Assembly: GCF_026210795.1 (NCBI RefSeq)
Contig: NC_089431.1
Coordinates: 1,426,001-1,490,000 of the forward strand
Source of the DNA: Rhizophagus irregularis
Taxonomy: Eukaryota
Length of the DNA stretch: 64,000 nucleotides
Direction: 5' to 3'
The notes below the pieces were generated by a model. That model saw nothing but the letters and a program-made list of their open reading frames with translations, was not told the DNA's origin and ran no database searches. The position numbers and the translations under genes are program-made. Positions 49,317 through 63,479 of this stretch are shown here, one piece after another. Numbering within the stretch: the stretch's first letter is position 1; every line of letters starts with the position of its first letter.

Positions 49317-52300
49317 ATGGCTACTACTAACCAACTGAAGCAACTTGCAGAAAGATCTCGTAAGGTTGCAAATGCAATCGTAAAACAAGACATACCGACC
49401 ATTGAGCGAAATTTGGAACAAATTGAAAAACAGTCGCGTAAACTTGCTGATAAAGTTATAAAACCTGGAGAAGAACCTGAAAGAAAAGCGTAGGTTCCTT
49501 AATTAAAATTTATTTTATTAAACATTGGAAAAGAACTATTTTTCATCATTAAAAAAACTTATTTAATAAGAACAGTGAATATTTGTGATACATTGCTGTT
49601 TCTCGTTTGTAATTTTTTTTTTAATTGAAAAAAATAATGGCCAATCTTTTCTGAATAATATTTTTAATAATGCTGACGCGTCTCTAGCCCCTATTTTTTA
49701 GCGAATATTGGGATTGATGGTGATAGATTATCACAAGAAGTTAAGAGTATAAATGTATTGGGTGCTTTTGAACCACGGGATATTTTACCAGATACAGATG
49801 TTGAGGTAAATCAAGATTTTTGTAGTTCCTGGATTTAATTACTTTCCTTCTTATTAACCTATTTTTTGTTAATCCTTAGAAATTTATTGAACATAAACAT
49901 CAACAGACGATTTCCAATATTATTAAAGATGGACATACACAGGTTGAGCAAGATTTTTTTATTATTTTTTATTGATTCGAATTATTTACTATAAAAGTAT
50001 GAAATTTTTAATAGCTAACTGTTAAAATTTAGACCATAAATGATTATAACGCCTATTTTGATCGATGTCTTATACAAGATTGGGACAAGACAAAAAGAAA
50101 AGTTTTCGAAGAACTCGGTCAGCATATTCCAACTGGTACTTCCAGTAATAGTTCTGATTTATTTTCTACACCAGGGAATAGTCGTTCTATATTTCAAACT
50201 CCATTGAGAGGGGCTCCTTCAGGAAGTTTTCCTGGACCTTCAACCCCGGTTAGCTCCATGTTTTTGATATGCAATCTTTATTATTTTAAAATCAATATTA
50301 ACTATTATATAATATTTTTTAGAGATCATCTTATGTAACTGCAGGAGAAAGAACAGTATCATTCAGGAGCGAATCAGCTTCACAATTAAATCAGAGACAT
50401 CTGATATATTTTGATATCGTATCTAAGTTGAACAATTTTAGATTATCGAAGATAGAGTATGGTGTTGTAAATGAATTTACAAATGCCGCCAAAAAACTTG
50501 GTGTAGATTATGTAAGAGTCATTATATCCCAAATCATTTTCAACATAATAAGGTTTAAAGGTGGAAAATTTTTTCCTTTAATTAATGTATTTGTTTATAA
50601 TTTCTTTAGGTAAAAAAATTAGTTCAATGTTGGCAGAGTCTTATATCGATTGTTGGAGAAAATAATGTTATAGATGGGCGTTTTGCCCGTTATCCTTTAA
50701 AAGAACGCCATTATGCTAAATCATATATGGCACCTGCTTCAAGTCCGGAGAATAAAGAACTCTACAGAAATTTATTAAACGGGGCGAAACGTTATCTGGA
50801 AGAATCGTATCCTTTTTTTCTGAGTATTTTAATAATTATACAATACAATGTAATACTATTATTTCTGAACTTTGTTTTAAAAGATATCGCGCATATTCAT
50901 TAGAATATGTGAATTCATTCCGTACCGAAGCTCTATTAGGCGGACAGCCGTCCGTAAGTAATACAGCTCGTGCTATGCTACGTGCTATCCATAGACCTAA
51001 TGGAGGAATTCCAATAAATAACTTAACGGTATTTGAAGTTTTTATTTTAATTATTCTGTATAAATTAATTCATGTAATAATCTCGAATTTATCATATTTA
51101 TTATGTATTAAAAAGATGGCGGAAAATATCCCAATATGGGGACACATTTATATTTTGCTTCGTCAAGGTCATTATCAGGATGCTTTGCAGGTTGCAGAAG
51201 GTTATAAAAGCAACTTTTCAAAAACAGACCAGACGTTTATCGTATATTTTACAAAATATATAAATAACAATAATAGGTTTGTTGCTAATCGTTTTAACAG
51301 GACTAAATTTTATTGCTAATGGGAATTAACCATGTAAAAATATTTCCTATATTTTACAAGTCTTCCTTCGGATGACCGACAAAAATTAATGACAGAAATT
51401 AAACAATGGCCACCTTTTCCACATTTATATGACCCGTATAAATGCTTACTATATCAAATAATTGCTCAGATGGAAGAATTACCCCAAAGGCCACCGACAG
51501 ACAGTATTAGTCCTACATTTGAAGATTTTATGTGGTTGCATGTAATTATTATAATACTTAAAGCTTCTATTAATTATAATTACTTCTTTATTTATCTTAT
51601 TCTTTTATTTTATAGCTAATGTGTATTAGTGAAATAGATATGGAAAGTAAAACCGGTTCAGATATTCTCTCACTTGAGAGATTTCAAAAGAAAGTACGGG
51701 ATTTAGGCCCCGCTCATTTTAATCATAGTGGTAAAGATCCTATGCAATATTTCCGTGTTTTATTGTTAACTCTTCAATTTGAAAAGGTAACTATTTAAAT
51801 TACTGTATTTATGCTCTTAATATAAGAAAATAATAATTTTTTATATTATCAATTAGGCGATATATTATCTCTACCATGAGTATACTGAGGATGCTGTACA
51901 TTTTGCTATATCACTTGCATATTATGGATTACTTAGAGTTCCAGAATCTGCAGAAGCTATGGCATTAAGTAAGTATAATGAAGAATGATTGAACTCCAAA
52001 AATTCACTTATTCAAATCGAGTTTTTTAAAATTAAATCATTTTCAACATTGAATACATTGAATGAAGTTACTGATTCTATTCGGATTGAATTTTATATTT
52101 ATAGTTATTGATGAAGATGAATCTCGTCCAAAGCTTAATTTTAACACAATTATATATCAATATGTGCGTAAATTAGCCAATGATAAAGCTTCTAGCACAG
52201 CATTCCAATACCTTATTTTACTTTGTCTGTATGGAAACCGCCAAACAGACAGTGGACGACATCAGGTTGAGTTATGTCATTATTATGTTAGGCAACTTGT

Positions 52301-53469
52301 ATATGACACAGAAGCGTTTTCAGAATTGGTTGGTGATGTTCGGAGTAGAGAGGTTCGTATATTTTATCATCTGCATATAAACTATGATTCCATTGAGTTA
52401 ATATTTAACTTATTATTTTAAATTAGGGCCAAATAAAAAAATATATGCCTTTAATGTACATTGATGATGAACAAGAATTCAATGAAATTATTGTTTATGA
52501 ACTTGCTCAACAGTGTGTTGAAGATGGAAAATTTAAAGCAGCTCAGAGTCTTTATGAATTAACAGAGGTAAACAAATGAATATAAACTTATTTACCTAAT
52601 TAGTTAGGTTAATGAAATTTATGTTTTTCTATAATTTTCTTTTGTAGAATTATGAGAAAATCATTGTGTTGCTTAATAAGATGTTAGCGGAATATATATG
52701 GGTTTCCATTCAAGGTGTTTCAATGCAACCAGAAAGTGCACAGGAATTGAATCCTCAAGAAATTAAAAAAGTGTTACAGGATTATAAAAAACATCAAATA
52801 ATAATGAGATTACCAGCAGAACGTATACAGACGTGTGAAAAATTACTCGGTCTGGTTGACTTTATAGAATTGTATAAAAAACAAGATTTTGAGAATGCCC
52901 TTAGTGTAATAATTTCTTTTATAATTATCGTTTGATTTATAAATATAATTTATACTTATTTATTTATTTATTTTTTAAAAAAAAATAGGTTATACAAAAT
53001 GTTGACCTCTTTCCCTTTGAAGAAGATGTTAGCATAATTAAACAAAAAGCTGCTGCAATAGATGGGTTTGATGGTCAATTGAAGAACTGTGTGGCAGAAC
53101 TTCTACTTATCACAATGCGCTGTATACATTCACGTTATGAACAATTGAAAGAACAAACTTCATTTATGTCACCGAGTCCTTCGAATAAACATTTAGATGT
53201 AAGTTTCTTCTTTTACAATAACATCTCATAAAATTTCAAAAACCTTCAACTAATTTTTTTTTTAATTCAGGATACTTTTGTTCTTCGACAAAAGGCTAAA
53301 TGCCTAGTTTCATTTGTAGGATATTTAAAATCAAGGTTATCCATCTGTTTAAAATTTTTATTGTTATATTCATGAGACTTATAACTAACTTCATTCGTTT
53401 CTTAATTATAGCGCAATTACATCAGACGTTTTTCAAAAATTAAACGAGTTCGAAGTTCTAATGAGATAA
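49317..53469 (+). CDS. NIC96: Nucleoporin Nic96/Nup93, multi-exon
   Basis: IPTIERNLEQIEKQSRKL, DTDVE, DWDKTKRKVFEELG, GAKRYLEE, ALLGGQPS, PIWGHIYILLRQG, DPYK..LY.II, FEDFMWL, LLLTLQFEKAI..L, AVHFAI.LAYYGLL. Confidence 0.88.
50807..50883 (+). other. U12-type (minor spliceosome) GT-AG intron in NIC96
   Basis: 5' splice site GTATCCTTT; branch-like TTTCTGAAC close to the AG at 50882-50883; removal gives in-frame YLEESYRAYSLEYVNSF. Confidence 0.8.
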
Positions 53470-53794
53470 ATGGATCAGCTGATCGTAAATTTGCAAGTAA
53501 ATTATATTACAATAAATAAATAAATAAATAATAAAAAAAGATACATAAATTAAATAATCCCATACGTATAAAATTTTTTGATTCATTTCAAGTATTGAAT
53601 CCAAAACTTCGATAAAGTATGCCTGCCATGATTAAAATTAATTACAATTTATAATTTTCCGCATATACTGTAAATGCGTTATTCAAATAGTCTTTTTTTT
53701 TTTATTTATTTTCATGATGTTAAGACTCATTCTATATGTGCTAAATTTAATGCTAAACATGATAAAATAGCGCATTTCCTGCAATGCTCTCAAA

Positions 53795-54756
53795 TTAATT
53801 TGCTAATCTTTCTAAATAAGCCTTCCAACCAGCATCTCTATATCGTTGCGCTTCTACAGCAACATCTTTGTCACTTCCGTAAATTCCACGGCCCACAATA
53901 ATAATATCACTGCCACTTTCCAATATAACATTCCTAGGTGTTCTATACTGTTGACCTAATCCATCCGTAGAAACATCAAGTCCAACTCCAGGGCTCATGA
54001 CTATAAAATCTTCTTTATCATCATCGCTAATTAATTTTCGTCCAGCAATAAATCCAACAACAAAATCTTTATGTCTACGAGCCATTTCTACTGCAGCTTC
54101 TGTATATGCTCCAGTGGCCAAACTACCTTTAGAAGACATCTCTGCAAGAAGTAATAATCCCCGACCCAAGACTAATCCCACTTCTTTTAATCCAGAAACT
54201 ATTCCATCACCAGGTAAAGGATGTGCATTTGTAATATCTGCCCATTCTGAAATTTTGTAAATACCTTTGGAATATTGATGCTTCACTGTGTTTCCTAATA
54301 GCGAAAAGAATTGAAAGATTTATCATTTATACATATAATCAAGAAAAAAAAAATATAATATATATTTATTTATTATTATAAGCACAGACTGCACCAATAT
54401 CAGCGAATTTCCTATCTTCAAAGATCATAAATTCGTGTTTGGTTCGCAATTCTTTAAGTTGTTCAATAAAATCTTGATCAAAATCTACCAAAATGTCTAC
54501 ATGAGTCTTAACATTAAAATAATTTAATTAAAAAATATCAACAAATATTTTCTAACTATTTGCTTTAAAACTTTACTTTTAATAAACAAATGTATGGTCC
54601 GGCCTTATCAGCTATTTCAAGAAACTCTCGTTTCGTAGTTACATCAAGAGCAAGTGATAGATTAGTTTTCTTATGTTCAATAAGAGAGAGAAGTTCACGA
54701 GCTGCTTTATTAGAAAAGTTTTCAACACGTTCTCCATATTTCTTCTTTGAAGCCAT
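53795..54756 (-). CDS. URA3: Orotidine-5'-phosphate decarboxylase (~263 aa; exons 54756-54577, 54506-54395, 54294-53795)
   Basis: [58 protein letters not shown]. Confidence 0.97.
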
Positions 54757-55029
54757 AGTAAAAATAATTCAAGATGAAAATTTTTTTAGGATATACCTTA
54801 AATGGCATGTGATTCACAATAATTTTTAACTATATTTGTATCTACTTGTACATCTAAGAAAGACTAAGAAAATTTATTTATATCGGGATTCATAAAGAAT
54901 GGGAGAAATGTAGTAATGCACATATCATTTCTATTTATAATCATTTGTGTATCGAACATTATTTTTTATTTTTAATTTTTAAAAATAATTTATATCAATA
55001 AATTACTTAAGAAACGTCTTTCCAAACAC

Positions 55030-58000
55030 ATGGATTACAAAGGATTTTCTAGCTCTAGTACGTCTTTCAATGGCTTCGGAAATCGTACTCAAGCAAATTT
55101 TAATTTAGCGGGTCCTAGCGGCAGCACTGGACTTAACCGACCTGTTCAAAATAACATCGCGAATGGGGTTAATAGTGGTGGTTATCCTCCAACAACATCT
55201 CAAAACACGAATATGGTTCGTTTCAAATTGAAAAGTTTACGTATTATGATACTTATTTTTTTTTTTAATTTTTCTAAATTTTTTGTTATAATATTTGTAG
55301 AGAATGGGAAAATGTACGTGCTGCGATAGGTAAATTATTCAATTATACTTTCATTCTTTTAACAGGCTATATGAAAATTTGTACTATAATAATAAATAAT
55401 AACAGTTTTTTCTCTAATATAGTACTTTGCGATTTCCAATCACAGTGTCTTGTTTCCGATGTACCGTATGTCAAACTATCAATGACTTGAAGCCATCTAT
55501 ACAAAGATGTATGTATTGATAATAAATTATCAGGCGAGCCAAGATTAATGTACTTTGCTTTAATGATTATATGCTATTACGAATTAATCTGATTTCTAAT
55601 TAATGAAGCGGAACCCATCACTCCGTTAACATTGGACAGAATTCGATCAATGATTGATACTTGTATAGTTCATAGCAATGGAAAAGGTACTCCAAACTAT
55701 GAATTACTAGAACAAGCTATACAAAAAGCTTTTTCTAATTGGTATATTTTGAATGAAAGTTTTAGTAACGTAAGGGTTAACTTTTCTTGGAATATTTATT
55801 ATATATATATATATATTATAGTATATGCTAGTAATAATTTTATTAATAGAAAATATTAAATTTTATGATAAAAGGGTCGACCTGTCGCTTTGGACGATTG
55901 TGGTGTCGCATTAGATGATGTTAGAGAAGCATACAGAATTATATGTGATTTGGTGTGTTAGATTTTGATATAATATTCAAATTTCTTTTTGAAATTATCT
56001 AAAATTTATTAAATAATTTTTTTAGCCTGAAAGTGTTATAAGGTCAATGATGAAATCAACTGAGAATATATTGAAACGCCCTGGAAGGTAATATTAAGCA
56101 ACAGTTCATGTTTAATTTGGAATTACTTTTTAATCTTATATGGTAATTTGTTTACAATTTATTAAAAGAATGTTAAAACGCAAGGAGGACATAAAATTCT
56201 TAATGATAATTCTCGAGGTTTGTATTTTTTTTTTTTTTTTTTTGAGAAATTATGAACATTATTATTTTATATAATGAAATCATTTACAAATTTTGTTTAT
56301 TAGAACCCACTCCTTGGGCAACATAATTATCCTCAAGAGTTATATCATCATCATGACATTATAAAAAGAATATTTGGATTACTTTCTAATTTAAGCAATG
56401 AACTTCATCATTATTTAGTTAACTGGTTTACACGGTTAGTTTAATTTTTTTTTTTTATTAAAAAAATATCCTGTGAAATCGTTTATGATATATAAATAAT
56501 TTCTGATTATGTTTTTCTTTAGATTATCCGTTAACATTTTCCGAAAACGTATAGAATTAGTTAATTCCTTTATCACATTTTTACTAAACAAGCAACGCAA
56601 CACGAGCCCCAGAATTCCGCCCGATTACGAGTCAGATTGGAAAATTAGCTCTGCTGCACGAGTTATGGCGTTGTTATGTACGAAGTTTTACAATATTTTT
56701 GAAAATAATAATAGAAGTTACCCTTACTCTTTTTTAATAAAATTAACTATTATTTAGTTGCGGCGAATAAACAATCATCTAAGGTCTCGCTATCAGATTT
56801 TTATAACACATTTGTAGATTACATCGACTTACTAACAGATTACAATACATGGGAACAGCGGTCTGGGTTAGTAACCGTTGGTGGGTTGGCTTATTTTTGT
56901 TGAATAATAAAATCTCACAATTTATTCTTGCCTGTATCTTCACCCATCTCCTTATTTATAGGAAATTTGCATTCTGTCAGTATCCATTTTTAATAAGTAT
57001 GGGAGGAAAAATAAAAATCATTGATTATGATGCAAAACGACAGAAGGATATGAAAGCGCAGGTACGTTTTTAAATTAATTAATTATGATTAATTTTACTT
57101 TATTTGTTTACAATTAGAAAGGCCGAATAGATTTATGAACATTTCTAGCTTTTTTTTTTAGGAAGCTCTCTATACAATATTTTTTTATAAACGTATTACG
57201 ACACCAACATTAAACTTAAAGATAAGGAGGGATTATTTAATTGAAGATTCATTGAAACAAATTGAAAATTCATTGAAACATATAGAAGATTATAATTCAG
57301 AAATTGGAATGGAGCTGAAAAAATCATTGAGAATAGAGTTTGTTGGTGAAGATGGTGTTGATGCAGGTGGTTTAAGAAAAGAGTGGTTCTTATTATTGGT
57401 TAGACATTTATTTGATCCAAAGTTTGGTAAGCGCAATACTTTTGAGATAATTATTTAAATTTTTCAGTATTAATTACTTATTTTATTTTAAGGTATGTTT
57501 ACTTGGGATGAGGACTCTAAGCTATGCTGGTTTAATCCTGCAAGTTTAGAAACAAGTGACCAATATTATTTAGTTGGAATAGTTATTGGGCTCGCAATCT
57601 ATAATTCCACTATATTAGATGTACATCTTCCCTTAGCATGTTATAAGAAATTGTTTGGTATATATGTTGGTTTGGAGGATCTAAAGGTATTTCAACCGGT
57701 ATGTTATCACATTAAATAATAATAGCCATATTGACGAATTTGATTTTACTATTAGAAATATTATAAATTTTTTTGATTTTATAAAAGTCCTTTGCAAAAG
57801 GTTTAGAACAACTTCTTACATTTGAAGGAGACGTTGAATCCACATTTTGCCGCGATTTTGTTGGTGAATACGAAGCATTTGGCGAGTTAAAAAGAGTTCC
57901 TCTTATACATAATGGCGAAAACATGCCTGTAACAAAATATAATAGGGGAGGTAATTATACGAAATGTTTTATGTCGATTAAAATTACTTTATAAAACTAC

Positions 58001-58682
58001 TTTATATTAATTCATTTTTTTCAAATAGATTACGTTGAAAGATACGTTAATTTCGTGCTTAATGATTCTATTACAGAACAGTTTGAATCATTTAAGCGCG
58101 GATTTTACCATGTTTGTGGTGGTAATGCTTTGTCTGTACGTATTATATTGTACCGGTTTTCCTTTTTAACAATGTAATTAAATTTAAAATTTTTTTTATT
58201 TAATGAAAAATTCAAGCTTTTCCAACCTGAAGAGATCGAACTTTTAGTTCGAGGTAGCGCAGAACCACTAGAAATTGATGAGCTAAAAGCGGTGACTGTA
58301 TATGAACGTTTCAGTGAAGATGAAGAAACGATTAGAAACTTCTGGTCCTTATTTCGAGAGATGGACCCTCAAATGCAAAGAAAACTATTGACATTTGTAA
58401 CAGGAACGGATCGAATTCCAGCTACAGGGTTGGCAAATTTAGCATTTAAAATTTCATGCATTGGAGAAGATAGCGAGAGGTAATCATTGATAAAAAAAAT
58501 ATTTTTGTTTTTTTCCTAGTTTTATATAATTTTTTTATTTCAAAACAAAAATGAATTATAGATTTCCGATTGCGCATACTTGCTTTAATCAACTTTGTCT
58601 ATACCGGTATCGTTCTCGAAAGAAATTGGAAGAAAAATTAAAAAGATCTATAATGGAAAGTGAAGGGTTTGGATTGAAATAA
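55030..58682 (+). CDS. HUL4: HECT E3 ubiquitin ligase, Hul4-like, multi-exon
   Basis: [47 protein letters not shown], catalytic AHTCFN, C-terminal EGFGLK; N-terminal CxxC..CxxC motif. The symbol is a best guess at the subfamily. Confidence 0.85.
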
Positions 58683-60015
58683 TACGATACAAATAATTTA
58701 TGTCAACTCTTTTTCATTTATTATTTTGCATTGCATTTCTGTTTTAATATCGTTTTTTTATCCTTGAAGGTTTTTTTACTTCATTCATAATAATCATTGA
58801 CGTACTTTTTTTGGATAATAATTTTGTAACAAAATTCTTTTTTATATTTATTTTTAATTTAACTCGTGTCTCGACTGATAGACCCAGTGTACTTTAGTTA
58901 TTTATATTATGAAATTGACAGTCTATTTATACCCAAGAAAAAAAGAATTAACGTTTATATAGTAATATTATGCACCCTATTTTTATACATATTCTTTAAA
59001 TTTTCAAACATTCATTCAATCGGTCATAGCACTTAAAAATTCGATTTTCGCCTTAAACTTTTTTATCTTCAAATGAAATCTATTTATTTTTCACGTTGAA
59101 CTATATTGGATTATTTAGTTAAATACAAACTTTGATAAGTAGGATTTAATCGGTGTAATTTTATTTTTTCTTTAATAAACTTGCAAGATATGAGAAATAA
59201 TAACATCATTTTAATCATTCAAGAAATTACACTTGCTGATTTATTTATATTTATTTATCACATATAAATTCATAATTCATTATAATAATTTATTGGTTAC
59301 TTGACACTAGAGAGCATCAATTAAATAAATTTAAGAGTATTAAAACGGGGGTAATAAACAAATATTTATTTTTCTTGTAAATCATTTCTCCTTAAAAAGA
59401 GAATTGTTTTTCTTTTGATAGGATCATGTTTGGATTACCATTATTATTATGTATGTATCTTTTAACCGTTTATTTGTTTGTAATTATCACACCCAAACCT
59501 ATTTAATAAATAAATTAAATTTGATTTAAAAATTCTCATAAATAAATATGTAGTGAAAATTTAAATGTTGCAAATGTTGCAAAGAAATGACTTTTTATCC
59601 AGATGTTTTTCAGAATCATCATTTCATCAGAAAAAATGTGTCCTATAAATTCATCATTGCAGCTATGTTACAAACAGGAAAAGTTTCCTGAATGAAGTAG
59701 GGTCTCGTGTAACTTCCATATAGGTTATTTATTGAACTTATGGGATTATATACATAAATGCACGTAAACAATTAAAAAGTTTCTAATTATGTGCAATATA
59801 AAATTGTTCAATGGTATTTATATAAAGCTAAGCTCGATCAAACGTTTAAAACACCAACCAGATACTTTCTATAGTAACGCTACACATGATCCATTTGTGT
59901 GAAGTTTCGAACTAACTATTAATTCTTTATAAATTTCTTACCTTTATTCGTACGAATACATTTTATATATATTCATTTTTTTTTTTCCTTACATCTTTAA
60001 AATTACCTTTGTCAA

Positions 60016-63000
60016 ATGGACGACTACCTTACCGTAAAGGAGTTAGGAAATGGTTCATTCGGCACAGTTGTACAGGCAAAACACAACCAAACTGGTCAAG
60101 TGGTAAGTTTTACGGAATTTTATTCAATATTTTTTTGCCTTATACATATATAAAATATTTTTTTTAAGACCTTTTTTCGTCAAATGGTATTAAAGAAAGT
60201 GTTTTTAACGACAATAAAAATAAATTAAAATGGGGACTACCCATTTTATATATTTTTAAGCATTAACAAAAAGTACTTGAAGGTGCTCCGAGAAAGTTAA
60301 TCTTAGAATAATATATAAATAATTTTTTATAATAGCTGTTTATATATTTTAATTTTCTTTCTTTGTGTAACATAAAGGTAGCGATCAAAAAAATGAAAAA
60401 GAAGTTTTCTTCGTGGGATAAAGTGTGTGAACTTCGCGAATTCAAGGTATTGACTGGAAGATGGATTTTTGAACGATCTAATTACTATTGTCTTTTTCGT
60501 CTTCGCAATCTTCATTTTTTAAACTAGATTCGTGCCATCCACGTGATTTTAACATAATTTTGTTAATTAATTTGGAATTGGAAAATAAATAATAAAGGCT
60601 TTAAGAACCCTACCGTCACACCCAAGTATCATTTCCCTATTAGAAGCTTTTCTTATACCGCAAACACGAGAATTATATTTCGTTTTTGAATATATGGAAG
60701 GTAATCTTTATCAATTAATAAAAGATAGAAGAGGAAAAAAGTTGAATGAAAAAATTGTACAATCTATCATGTAAAGTCTTATTTTATTTTGTTTAATCGA
60801 ATTACAAATTATATATATATATATATAACTAATTTTTTTTTGTTAAATTATTAATTTTTAGATTTCAAATACTTGAAGGACTTTATTTTATTCATTCATA
60901 TGGAATTTTTCATCGTGATATGAAACCAGAAAATATCTTAATATCAACTCAAAAAAAAATAACATGTGAATATGATGTAGAAAATGATCCTAATACTAAA
61001 AATAATTGGTCAGACGATATAGATGATGAGTTTGAGTATATGGTAAAAGTTGGTGATTTTGGTTTAGCGAGAGAGATAAAATCGAAACCTCCATACACAG
61101 ACTATGTTAGTACAAGATGGTAAGAAATTCTTAAAGGTGCGTGTTTAAATTGCTATTTACGTATAGAGTACTTTATTAATCCTTTTTTTTTAAAAAAAAA
61201 TAATAATAATTTTCTAGGTATCGTGCACCAGAAGTACTTTTACGTTCTAATTCTTATTCTGCACCAATAGATTTATGGGCAGTTGGAACTATTTTAGCAG
61301 AATTGTTTACTCTAAATCCTTTATTTCCTGGATATAGTGAAATAGATCAATTATATACAATTTCTAAAGTATTAGGAAGTCCAAATGTTAAATCAGAACT
61401 TAATGTACAGACTGATGGAATTGGTGGAGGAGAATGGAAAGAAGGTGTTAAACTAGCAAAGACAATGGGATTCTCTTTTCCACAGGTAAAAAATGTATAA
61501 TTATATAATTCATCTTTATTTATACTTGTTAAATTTATACTATTTGCAAGTTCATTTCATATGAAAATAAGTATTGAACCGATTAATAATTCACTTTCAA
61601 TTATTAGACACCCCCACAACCATTATCAAATATGTTTTCTCAATCAACTCCACCTTATTTTCTTGAATTTCTTTCAAATCTTTTGCTTTATGATCCAAAA
61701 CAACGTCTTACTGCGTTAGATGCTCTCAAGCATCCATATTTTACTGAAAGCAATTTAATATTTACACCGCTTAATGAACTAGAGGAAATTAATTTAAATA
61801 AGAGAATGGAAAAAAAGAGAAAAAACGATAGTTTTTTGTTCAAAAGAGGAAATTTATCTCCAGGTGACAAAAAGAACAATAATCGTTATATATGGACTAA
61901 GGCAACAGATGGACATAACAAAGATATAGTTGAACTGTTTAACAGTGGACCTGCATCACATTTGCGACCTTTGGATATTGAAGCCGCAAATAATGTTAGA
62001 CAAGAGGAATTTGTACTTCCTACAATTAAAGCTATTAGTCCATTTAGGACGTCTCAAGACAATGGTTTTGGAGATAATATGAAGTCTATTGAACAAAGTA
62101 TAATTAATAATCATCTAGTAAGAGAGCATGGAACGATAATGGAAGAATATGAGCATGAGGAGACTTCATCGATAAGCAGACCTTATACAGCACATTGTAA
62201 TGGACATGGAAGAAGATCCATAATAGATAACGCTAAACCAATTCCTATATCGCGCGGTAGACAAGGGCATGGTTTTAATGGTGATGTTCCTTCAAGGCAC
62301 AAATCAAATTTAAGTAGATCATTTCAGTTTCCGCCCGTACATAAAAGGGATCGTTCTAGTGCAACAAGTGAAATAGATCAAATGATAAAAGAAATTGAAA
62401 ACATGAATCAAGGAATTGATTCATCACAAATTGATTATATTTCGCCTATATCACCCAAGTCTGTTGATTTACAAAGATATCAACTTCCAGATGATGTTAT
62501 GAGGTTTTTTGGAGCTGTGGATGACTCATCGCCTGTTCTAAGGAGATCCTGTAGTAGATCGAGAGATTTTATGAAAGTTCATAGACGATATTCTTCAGCA
62601 TCAGCTACACAAGAAATGTCACCTACAACATTTGATTTCCAGCATCAAAAAAAACCATCTGTTGCTTCAAGTCAAGACCATACGAGGAATGATAGCGGAT
62701 TCTCTACTAACAGTACTAATAATTCATCTTTGGAGAATGAGAAGGAAATACCATCATATGCGACTAAAGTATATGGTCAACATTTAAAAACTTGGCAACA
62801 AATATGTCAAGAAAATGAGATATCATCACATGATTCTCCTCTTAATGATGATAACTTTGGGTAAATAATTATGTTAAAAATAATCTTACATTTTTAATTT
62901 CCAAATAATTTAAACAATTTACAAACATTTTTACTATTTTGCAGTATGTTGATAAACGATTCATTCAAATCGCCGGTAATTCCTGAATTTCGTGTTAGTG

Positions 63001-63479
63001 ATATTTTAGGTAATGATATTTTAAGTAATGATATATCACAAAGTAAGCAAGAGTCTCCAACATCAGCGAACAATAGCTTCTTTTCTAATTTAAAGGCGGC
63101 AATGAAATCACATGCAGTTTCACCTACAAAAAGATATGGAATTTTCAGTTCTAATCATGAAAGTGCATCTACATCAACAACCCAACAATCAACATTAAAA
63201 TTACAACCACGGATACAGCGTAGTAAAAGTAATTCTGGTGCCAAAGAAACTAAAAAAGCTAAATCAGCTATAACAAAAAAACGTTCATTTATCTTTGATT
63301 CAACGTCAGTTAGTGCTAATTCATTATTTTCTTTAAAGGATGATAATACAATGAAAGAATCATCATCCAAGGGTACAGGTGGAGAAAAGAAAGATAAAAA
63401 ACTTTCTAGTTCTCCTGGATTGTTTGCCACATTAGGAGCAAAATTTCCAGGCGGTAAAGGAGGAGGTTCCGGAGGTTAA
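60016..63479 (+). CDS. IME2: Ime2/MAK/ICK-family CMGC kinase with long low-complexity C-terminal tail, multi-exon
   Basis: [59 protein letters not shown] with TDY activation motif. Confidence 0.87.
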
